From the NCBI GenBank assembly GCA_963695555.1, contig CAVOGR010000005.1, positions 256,001-320,000 of the forward strand: a stretch of DNA of 64,000 nucleotides, in the 5' to 3' direction. Positions 53,845 through 64,000 of this stretch are shown here, piece after piece. The notes beneath the pieces were generated by a model, which was given only the letters and a program-made list of their open reading frames with translations, was not told the origin of the DNA and did not search any database. The position numbers and the translations under genes were made by a program. The stretch is from an uncultured Gemmatimonadales bacterium (lineage in GTDB: Bacteria > Gemmatimonadota > Gemmatimonadetes > Gemmatimonadales > GWC2-71-9). Position 1 is the stretch's first letter, and every line of letters begins with the position of its first letter.

Positions 53845-55574
53845 TCAGCGCGAGCCGGCAAGTTCGGATGCGGACGGATCGAGCCGGTCGTATGCGCCAC
53901 CCAACCACTCAGTGAGCAGGAAGGCCTCGAGGCCCATCCCGAGCAGGAAGAGGATGATGCCCGCACCGTAGGCCCCGAACCCCAGGGCAGGTTGGAGGTA
54001 GTACGCCGCAGCATATCCGACGACTACTGGTGGGGCAAGCGCGACGACGAGTGCCAGGAGGAAGGGCGGCGTGGCGAGCATGGTTTGTCCCAGCGCCTCC
54101 ACACCGCTCGGCCGGCGCGGGCCGAGGGTCACCCAGGCGGGGAAGAGCAGGGCAATCCCATTTTGGATCAGCATGCCGAGCAGGTTGACGGCCGGCAGCA
54201 CAACGACGGCGCCCGCAAAGAGTGCGAGCTTGCTTGCATCGTCGATGCCTGATACCGTCGCCCCGAAGGATGCCGCAAGGGCCAGCAGCAGGAGGCCAAG
54301 CTGGGCTGCGGTCAGCACCAGGGCCGATGAGGCAGCCTCGGCGCTGACGACCGTGGCGCCGCCTACCGGATACGCCCGTAACAGATCGGCGTATTCGAGG
54401 TCGCTTCGGAGATCATTCCGTACCCAAAGCGGGCCGAATACGAGCAACACTCCGGCCCAGCCGGCAAGCAGACCGCTCACGAGGCCGGCCCACGACTCTC
54501 GCTTGTGGCCCAGGACGGCAATAAACACGGCCGCGAACAGCACCGTGATCAGCACGATGCGCCTGAGCCGCTGCGCCCTGCCCACCGCCACGATGTTCTT
54601 CCAGATGATGGCGCCGCCGGCCCATCCACTCGGCGCCAGGCGGAAGATGGGCGCCGATGGCGGCCGGCCACGGCCGGCGACAGGCGTTCCCCCCGCTGGA
54701 TCGCCTCGATGGTGCGGGCGCGCTCGAGCGAAGCCTCCACTGAGGCTTCTTCGAATGCGGCGTCGGACCGGACCACCCAAATGAGGTGGAGCAGCAGAAT
54801 GACGACGGCGGGGGTCATGGCCCGAGCCCACTCGGCGACGGTTACCGCGGCGAGGGGATCGATTACCAACCGGAACGGAAACAGCACCACAGTGGTCACG
54901 GGGCGGTGGAGCACCTCGCCCAAGGTCTGGAACACGGCCGACAGGTCGGTCTGGAACGCGCGGCGGACGTCGGGCAGGGCATCGAGCACGCCCCAGGCCA
55001 CCGCGGCGAGTGTCAAGGCAATGATCGTGAGGGAGACCATCCGGCGCTTGGCACCCGCCCAGCCGTGGCGGGCCAGGCTGGTGCGAACGAATGAGGCGCC
55101 GATGCGGTGGAGGTGGATCGTGGACAAGAGGGTCCAGAGTGCCGCCGCGCGCGCGTACCAGGGAAGGCCGCGGGTCCCGGTCCTGAATAGCACAACCCAG
55201 AGGGCCACGTTCAACAGGATGACGAGCTGTGAGCGGAACAGCTTGTAGGCCACCAGCTGCCGCCGAGTGATTGGAGCGGGGAACAGGTAGTGGACCTCGG
55301 CCGGTGTGTAGATGAGTACGGCCTTGTCGCGGCCAAACACCCACCCCCACGCCACCATACCAGCCAGCGCCAGCGCGCCGAGCATCGCCACCCACTCGTA
55401 GGAAAGCGAGGCGCCACGGTCGGTCGAGAGGTTGGGCTGGACCAGAAGGAACCAGAGGTACGCGAAACCCAGGATCAGTGCGAGAGCGTAACGGGGGTTC
55501 TTGAGCTTGATGGCCTGACGGTAGAGTCGGTTCTTGATGGTATGAAGGACCAAGTACCCCAGGACGCGGATCAT
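53845..55574 (-). CDS. Putative ABC exporter permease, frameshifted at a C6 run (54689-54694)
   Basis: Multi-pass N-half in ORF 54549-55574 (EVHYLFPAPITRRQL, FEEASVEAS) continues in the frame of ORF 53845-55395 (AIIWKN, RNDLRSDL, QNGIALLFPAW). Coupled to an ABC ATPase. Confidence 0.8.
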
Positions 55575-56311
55575 GATCGAGGGGGCTCCGTGTTTCCGGT
55601 CAGGGCAAGGAAGACCTCCTCGAGCGGCAGTCCGGCCAGGTCGGGGCGATGGGAGATGATCTCCTCGATTGTGCCGAGCGAAACGAGCCGGCCGTGTTGA
55701 ATGATCAAGACCCGGGTACAGACCTCTTCCACCATGTGGAGGAGGTGAGAGCTGAGGATCACGGCCGATCCCAGCTGAGCCCGGCGTCGGATGGTCTCCT
55801 TCATGCGACGGATCCCGACGGGGTCGAGCCCGGTCAGCGGCTCATCGAAGAACACCGCCTTGGGATCGTGAAGCAGGCCGCACGCGATGGCGAGCTTTTG
55901 TTTCATGCCCCGGGACAGCTCGGCGGGGAGGGCGCTACGTTTGTCCACCAGCTCGAGCTCGCCCAGGAGCGGCCCGATGCGCTCCGGCGCGTCCGGCACG
56001 CGGTACAGCCGGCCGACGAAGCGCAGATGTTCCTCTACCGTCAGGTACTCGAACAGGTGCGGCTCGTCCGGGATGAAGGCCAGGGAGCGCTTTGCCTCGA
56101 GCGGCTGCCGAGCCAGGTCGAAACCGGCGATACGGATGGTTCCGCTGGTTGGGGGGATGATGCCCGAGATCGCCCGCAGGGTTGTGGTTTTGCCCGCGCC
56201 ATTGGGCCCCACCAGGCCAAGGACCTCACCCGGCTCCACCCGGAAGGTGAGCCGGTCGACGGCCAGGATATCCTGGCCGTAGAGCTTGGTGAGGCCGTCG
56301 ACTTCGATCAG
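55571..56311 (-). CDS. ABC transporter ATP-binding protein (proposed CTG start)
   Basis: Walker A GPNGAGKTT, signature LSRGMKQK, FFDEPLTGLDP, SSH. The in-frame N-terminus LIEVDGLTKLYG extends to CTG 56311. Confidence 0.93.
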   Translation of the reverse strand: MIEVDGLTKLYGQDILAVDRLTFRVEPGEVLGLVGPNGAGKTTTLRAISGIIPPTSGTIRIAGFDLARQPLEAKRSLAFIPDEPHLFEYLTVEEHLRFVGRLYRVPDAPERIGPLLGELELVDKRSALPAELSRGMKQKLAIACGLLHDPKAVFFDEPLTGLDPVGIRRMKETIRRRAQLGSAVILSSHLLHMVEEVCTRVLIIQHGRLVSLGTIEEIISHRPDLAGLPLEEVFLALTGNTEPPRS

Positions 56312-56360
56312 GGTTGGGCTCCGGTGACGGGACGGACGATGGGTGGTAAGTTAAGGGAGG

Positions 56361-56430
56361 ACAGGAGGGTAGGAAGGTAGGAGAGTAGGAGGGTAGGAGG
56401 TAGGAGAGTAGGGGAGGGTCCCTACTCCCC
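56361..56430. repeat. Degenerate tandem octamer GTAGGARR (about 7 copies) ending in a short hairpin
   Basis: ACAGGAGG GTAGGAAG GTAGGAGA GTAGGAGG GTAGGAG GTAGGAGA GTAGGGGA. GAGTAGGG (56406-13) pairs with CCCTACTC (56420-27). Confidence 0.85.
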
Positions 56431-56517
56431 ATTCCTTTGAAACTTTAATCATACAGATCACGTTTCTCTCTGAAACGGACGTCATCTTCAAACATCGTGG
56501 CTGGGTGGAGGCATACA

Positions 56518-57204
56518 ATGAAAGCCTACTGGACCCGGATCGTGCTGGGAGCCTTCGTGGTATTCGGTATCGGGCTCGCGGTGTGGTTCGCCGTAACGAG
56601 GGCCAAGGAACAAGTCCATGTGGTGGTCGAGTCCGCCCGGCCCATCACGATTCCCATTCCGTTTTCCATCATTCCCTTTCGGGTCGACGGCGAGAAGTAT
56701 GGTGCCGTCCATCACGTGACCTTCTATCGGGACGCGCCCAAGTCGGTCGATCACATCGTGGTGCAGGTCAAACTCGCGGACAGCGTGGACGCGGCTCAAT
56801 TCAAGGATTGCCTCTTGTCGCTGGAGAATGTCGACAACATCGACGAGCACACGACGTTTGACTGCCTGAAGCGGGACACGGCCGACACGGGGCTGGTGCA
56901 GTTCGGCGAGGTGCAGCTCGATCCTTCAGGACTCATGGTTCCGCTCCTGCTGACCAAGTCGGATGTCGCCGATCTCCGGCACACGGACGAGGTAGTGCTC
57001 GAGCAAGAGCAGGCGCGGATGCAGGCGGCGGAAGCAGAGTGGGCGGGAGATTCGGCCCGGATGGCAGCGGAGGGCCTGGCCGATTCCATCAGCATTCAAG
57101 TGGAACGGCTGGTCGACTCGCTGGTCACCATCAAGAAGGTGCTCCGCCAGGAGGTCCGCCCCCCGCGGCCGCCGAAGCCGACAGTGAAGGTCGAGGTGCA
57201 ATGA
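56518..57204 (+). CDS. Hypothetical protein with an N-terminal membrane anchor and a C-terminal helical region
   Basis: GGAGG SD before ATG; one hydrophobic segment (IVLGAFVVFGIGLAVWFAV); no recognised family. Confidence 0.7.
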   Translation: MKAYWTRIVLGAFVVFGIGLAVWFAVTRAKEQVHVVVESARPITIPIPFSIIPFRVDGEKYGAVHHVTFYRDAPKSVDHIVVQVKLADSVDAAQFKDCLLSLENVDNIDEHTTFDCLKRDTADTGLVQFGEVQLDPSGLMVPLLLTKSDVADLRHTDEVVLEQEQARMQAAEAEWAGDSARMAAEGLADSISIQVERLVDSLVTIKKVLRQEVRPPRPPKPTVKVEVQ

Positions 57205-57205
57205 C

Positions 57206-57300
57206 GGGAGTAGGGAGTAGAGGAGTAGAGAACGGAGTGCTCTCCGGCCAACTCCCTACTCCCTCCTCCCTCTAGCAGCCACTAGCCCATAGCCCATAGC
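57206..57300. repeat. Heptamer tandem plus inverted repeat (GGGAGTA/ACTCCCT), followed by NNNTAGC heptamers
   Basis: GGGAGTAGGGAGT (57206-18) is the exact reverse complement of ACTCCCTACTCCC (57251-63). Then CACTAGC CCATAGC CCATAGC. Confidence 0.85.
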
Positions 57301-57304
57301 TGGC

Positions 57305-58102
57305 ATGCCCAACGTCGCGCTCATCCACAGGAACACCGAGGAAGCCAAGAGTCGAGTCGCGACGCTTCGGGCGGCGGGCTACACCGTGAGCTACAAGCCG
57401 GTCGGGCCCCAACTCCTGCGTGACTTGAAGCAGAAGCCGCCCGACGCTCTCGTCATCGACCTGACTCGCCAGCCGGGCATGGGCAGGGACGTGGCCATTG
57501 CCATGCGGCATGCGAAGAGCACGCGGTATGTCCCGCTGGTCTTTGTCGAGGGCGACCCGGCAAAGGTTGCGCGTATCCGGCAACAGGTTCCGGATGCGGT
57601 CCACACCACGTGGCCCAACATCCACCGCGGGCTCGAGCGGGCCATCGCCAATCCGCCAAAGAATCCGGTGGTTCCCGAGTCCGTTCTGGCGGGCTACTCC
57701 GGCACGCCGCTCCCGAAGAAGCTCGGCATAAAGCCCGGCTCGACGCTGGTCCTCCTCGCCGCCCCGCAAGGCTTCGAGCGCACGTTGGGCCCATTGCCCG
57801 ACAACGTCACCGTGAAGCGCCAGGCTCGGGGCCGGTCCGACCTGACCCTCTGGTTCGTCACGTCCATGAAGGACCTCACCAGCAGGCTCTCCCGCATCCT
57901 CCCCCTCACCGAGCAGGGCGGCGCGCTGTGGATGATCTGGCCTAAGAAGGCATCGGGGCAGCGCTCCGATCTGACCCAGGCCGAGGTGCGCCGCGTGGGG
58001 CTCGCCGCCGGCCTGGTCGACTTCAAGGTGTGCGCAGTGGACCAGACGTGGTCGGGGCTCAAGTTCGTGAGACGAAAGCAGGGGGGTAGGAGTAAGGAGT
58101 AA
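57305..58102 (+). CDS. Two-domain protein: atypical receiver-like N-terminus plus DUF3052-like C-terminus
   Basis: N-terminus LRAAGYTV...PPDALVIDL...G..VA..MR...VPLVFV. C-terminus GYSGTPLPKKLGIKPG, LWMIWPKKASG, GLVDFKVCAVDQTWSGLKFV. Confidence 0.7.
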   Translation: MPNVALIHRNTEEAKSRVATLRAAGYTVSYKPVGPQLLRDLKQKPPDALVIDLTRQPGMGRDVAIAMRHAKSTRYVPLVFVEGDPAKVARIRQQVPDAVHTTWPNIHRGLERAIANPPKNPVVPESVLAGYSGTPLPKKLGIKPGSTLVLLAAPQGFERTLGPLPDNVTVKRQARGRSDLTLWFVTSMKDLTSRLSRILPLTEQGGALWMIWPKKASGQRSDLTQAEVRRVGLAAGLVDFKVCAVDQTWSGLKFVRRKQGGRSKE

Positions 58103-58166
58103 GGCGGGAGGGCTGAAAAGGGGGTAGGGCGGCTACCTCGCGGGCCAATAGCCTATAGCTGATAGC
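58089..58166. repeat. GGAGTAA x2 and NNATAGC x3 heptamer repeats
   Basis: GGAGTAA GGAGTAA (58089-58102, includes the upstream gene's stop); CAATAGC CTATAGC TGATAGC (58146-58166). Confidence 0.7.
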
Positions 58167-58193
58167 GGCAAGTTCAAAGAGGAGCCAAGAACC

Positions 58194-58820
58194 ATCACTA
58201 CCAAGCCTCACTGGGACGCGGTCTACGCCAAGCGGGCCCCCGACGAAGTGAGCTGGTACCAGGCCAATCCGAAGTGTTCACTCGCGTTCCTGGACGCGGC
58301 TGGTGCCACCCGCGACACCAGGATCGTCGACGTGGGCGGGGGAGCGGCACGCCTGGTCGATTGCCTGCTGGACCGTGGGTTTACCGACGTGACCGTGCTG
58401 GACATCTCCCAGGGTGCATTAGCGCGGGCCCAAGACCGGCTCGGCGGCCGGGCCAGAGCCGTGCGGTGGATCGAGGCTGACGTCACGGGGTTCGAGCCAT
58501 CCGAGCGGTGGGAGATCTGGCACGATCGTGCCGTGTTCCATTTCCTGACCGCGGCTCGAGACCGCGCTGCCTACCGGCGCACTATGATCGACTCCCTCGT
58601 GCCCGGCGGCCACGCCATCGTCGCCACCTTTGGCCCCCAGGGCCCGACCCGGTGCAGTGGGTTGGACGTCGTACGCTACAATGCCGCGCAACTCCTGGCC
58701 GAGCTGGGGCCTGGGTTGGAGCTCGTGGCTGAGCGAGAGGAGCTGCACCGAACACCGGGAGGCGTGGAACAGCAGTTCGTGTATGCGCTGTTTAGGAAGG
58801 AAAAGTCGCTCGACGGTTAA
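58194..58820 (+). CDS. Class I SAM-dependent methyltransferase (proposed ATC start)
   Basis: HWDAVY...EVSWYQ, IVDVGGGAARLVD, VLDIS, WHDRAVFHFL, ATFGPQGPTRCSGL. Confidence 0.88.
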   Translation: MTTKPHWDAVYAKRAPDEVSWYQANPKCSLAFLDAAGATRDTRIVDVGGGAARLVDCLLDRGFTDVTVLDISQGALARAQDRLGGRARAVRWIEADVTGFEPSERWEIWHDRAVFHFLTAARDRAAYRRTMIDSLVPGGHAIVATFGPQGPTRCSGLDVVRYNAAQLLAELGPGLELVAEREELHRTPGGVEQQFVYALFRKEKSLDG

Positions 58821-58896
58821 CAGCTAACAGCTAAGCAGCTAGCAGCTGTACCTTCTCGGTCCAATAGCCAATAGCCAATAGCCAATAGCCAATAGC
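58818..58896. repeat. Heptamer tandem repeats TAACAGC-like x4 and CCAATAG x5
   Basis: TAACAGC TAACAGC TAAGCAGC TAGCAGC (58818-46); five exact CCAATAG copies (58861-95). Confidence 0.92.
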
Positions 58897-59015
58897 AGGG
58901 GCGGGGGCCCGGTGGAGCGTTAGCCGATAGCCCTCCCCGATGCTACCTTCCCTAAGCCGTTATCCATCAATCCGATAGCCTGGTCCACGTCGGCCCGAAA
59001 TTTCCGGCACGACTT

Positions 59016-59044
59016 TTGACTGCGGCCGCCTCCATTATTAGCTT
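59016..59044 (+). promoter_or_regulatory. Putative sigma70 promoter of the kdsB-pyrG-kdsA-kdsC-kdsD-lptC operon
   Basis: TTGACT-N17-TAGCTT. Confidence 0.6.
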
Positions 59045-59049
59045 CCGTG

Positions 59050-62269
<3,220 letters not shown>

Positions 62270-62277
<8 letters not shown>

Positions 62278-62821
62278 TTCCGCCGTCGCGGGACGCGTGC
62301 GCCTGCTCGGTCTCGATGTCGACGGAGTGCTCACCGACAACGCTGTCTTCATCGGGATGGTCGACGGCAAACGACAGGAGTTCAAACGGTTCGACATCCA
62401 GGACGGCCTGGGCATCCGACTCCTTCATCCGCTCAACATCCCGGTTGTGCTGGTGAGCGGCAGGGAATCCGACGCCACCTTGCTTCGCGCCGAAGAACTC
62501 GGTGTGGATGAGGTGATCCAGGACGCCGGAGCGCGAAAGGTGCCGGCCTTCTCGAAAACTTTGGCCCGTCATGGCATCGGCTGGCGCGAAGTGGCCTACG
62601 TGGGGGACGACCTGGCGGACCTGCCGGTGCTTCGCCGTGTCGGCCTTCCGATCGCCGTGGCCAACGCCGTCGACGAGGTCAAAGAGATGGCCGCGTTCGT
62701 CACCGGCGCCCGAGGGGGCCACGGTGCGGTGCGGGAGGTCATCGAGATGCTGCTCCGGGCCCGTGGCATGTGGGAAGAGGCGCTCGGTCTCTACCTGGCG
62801 GAACGTGATGGCGACGACTAA
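62270..62821 (+). CDS. kdsC: KDO 8-phosphate phosphatase (HAD family)
   Basis: LDVDGVLTD, QDGLGI, YVGDDLADL, GGHGAVRE. Confidence 0.94.
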
Positions 62822-63776
62822 TCGGGCTTCGCTGGTCGATATCGGCCGCCGGGTGCTTCAGATGGAAGCTGACGCCTTGGGCGACGTCGCGGCCAGGCTG
62901 GACGAGGCCTTTACCCGCGCGGTGGATATCTGTGCCAGGGCCCGTGGCAGGATCATCGTCTCGGGGGTTGGGAAGTCCGGCCTCATTGCCCGGAAAGTCG
63001 CCGCCACCCTGACGTCGACCGGCACGCCGGCAACCTACCTCCATCCCGTCGATAGCCAGCATGGAGATCTGGGCATCGTGGGGCAGGAGGACGTGGCCAT
63101 CCTGGTGAGCAAGAGTGGCGAGACGCAGGAGTTATTCGGTCTGGTCAATTCACTCCAACGGATGCGTGTTCCCATCATTTCGATCACAGGTCACCCCCAG
63201 TCGACCCTGGCCGCGCTGGCGGACGAGGTATTGGACGCGGGCGTGCCCGAAGAAGCCTGCCCCCTCGATCTGGCGCCGACCACGAGTACGACCGTGGCGC
63301 TGGCCATCGGCGACGCGCTGGCCGTGGCTCTGCTCGAGGTCAAGGGGTTCCGGCACGAGGACTTTGCTGCACTTCATCCCGGCGGCGCCTTGGGCCGGCG
63401 GCTCCTCCTGAGGGTTCGCGAGCTGATGCAGCCACCGGACGGCGTCGTGTCGCCGGACGGGACCATGCGCCAGGCGGTGATCGCGCTCGCGCAATACCGC
63501 GGACTGGCCATGGTGGTGACGAACGGGACCCTCCTCGGTGTGATCACCACGGGCGACCTGGCCCGACTGGCCGAGCGGGAGCCCGATTTCCTCGACGTAG
63601 CGATCGATCGGGTGATGACCAAGACGCCCAAGGTGGCGCATCCCGAAGACCTGGCTGCGGCCGCCGTGGGCACGATGGAACGAAACGGCGTGATCGCGTT
63701 GCCCGTGCTGGACGATCACGAGCGGGTGGTAGGCGTGGTGCACCTGCACGACCTGATGCGGGCGGGGGCCGTGTGA
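62808..63776 (+). CDS. kdsD: Arabinose-5-phosphate isomerase (KpsF/GutQ family, SIS plus CBS domains)
   Basis: GVGKSG..ARK.AAT, HGDLG, EACPLDLAPTTST, HPGGALG, C-terminal CBS pair. Confidence 0.95.
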   Translation: MATTNRASLVDIGRRVLQMEADALGDVAARLDEAFTRAVDICARARGRIIVSGVGKSGLIARKVAATLTSTGTPATYLHPVDSQHGDLGIVGQEDVAILVSKSGETQELFGLVNSLQRMRVPIISITGHPQSTLAALADEVLDAGVPEEACPLDLAPTTSTTVALAIGDALAVALLEVKGFRHEDFAALHPGGALGRRLLLRVRELMQPPDGVVSPDGTMRQAVIALAQYRGLAMVVTNGTLLGVITTGDLARLAEREPDFLDVAIDRVMTKTPKVAHPEDLAAAAVGTMERNGVIALPVLDDHERVVGVVHLHDLMRAGAV

Positions 63777-64000
63777 CACGGCGCCACGTGCTATGCATCA
63801 TCGCGCTGGGCGGCGTAGCGCTTGCGGCGGCGGGGTGTGGTGAGACGGGTGTGCGGCCGACCGGGACGATGCAGGCCGCGGACACGGCGGACCAAGTGTT
63901 GGCCGACGTTTCCCACTACATCACCGGCGACGGGATTCGCCGGAGCCTGGTCAAAGCGGACACGGCCTACTTCTACGACGCGACCCAGACGGCGGAGCTG
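63773..64000 (+). CDS. lptC: LPS export periplasmic protein LptC (3' end outside the window)
   Basis: Frame translated by hand: lipoprotein-like leader LAAAGC, then ADQVLADVSHYITGDGIRRSLVKADTAYFY. Position after kdsC/kdsD fits kds-lpt synteny. Confidence 0.7.
   Translation, partial: MTRRHVLCIIALGGVALAAAGCGETGVRPTGTMQAADTADQVLADVSHYITGDGIRRSLVKADTAYFYDATQTAEL

Noticed and set aside
56361..58896. Repeat clusters as a CRISPR array
   Set aside because: Units are 7-8 nt and contiguous, with no unique spacers and no cas genes.
52908..58935. xerD plus the downstream cassette-like island as an integron
   Set aside because: The recombinase is a typical chromosomal XerD (C-terminal FHPRA, no IntI-specific insertion evident), an ABC operon separates it from the island, and I saw no attC-like RYYYAAC...GTTRRRY sites.

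Overview
This is a high-GC, gene-dense core-chromosome segment, almost entirely on the + strand. Gene content and order suggest a diderm, LPS-producing bacterium, most likely Gemmatimonadota (inference). In order it carries: ispD-tsaC-LMW phosphatase-aroE-comF; gap-pgk-tpiA; secG-carA; HU; moaDEA-trmL; mdh (frameshifted)-sdhCAB; a three-gene envelope block (His-rich putative outer-membrane protein, Ig-like/LVIVD lipoprotein, M28 peptidase); dcd on the minus strand, divergent from a complete nuoA-N operon; PMM/PGM-UPF0182; arcC-sucCD-ndk; yceD-rpmF-plsX-fabHDG-acpP-fabF; futalosine genes mqnE-mqnA-mqnC; ispF-dedA-xerD; an ABC exporter pair (minus strand, permease frameshifted); a three-gene accessory island; and kdsB-pyrG-kdsA-kdsC-kdsD-lptC. 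I recognised no rRNA, tRNA, CRISPR array or transposase. The strongest leads are: (1) the 56.3-58.9 kb island, where every gene junction carries 7-8 nt tandem or inverted repeats not seen elsewhere in the window; (2) four genes that appear to start at ATT, ATC or CTG behind good Shine-Dalgarno sites; (3) a Rex-type operator in front of nuoA; (4) an orphan carbamate kinase coupled to sucCD-ndk, plus an orphan carA; (5) a YwlE-type arginine-phosphatase signature; (6) two unusual fusion proteins. Three single-base frameshifts may be assembly errors. All product calls come from motif recognition, not database searches.
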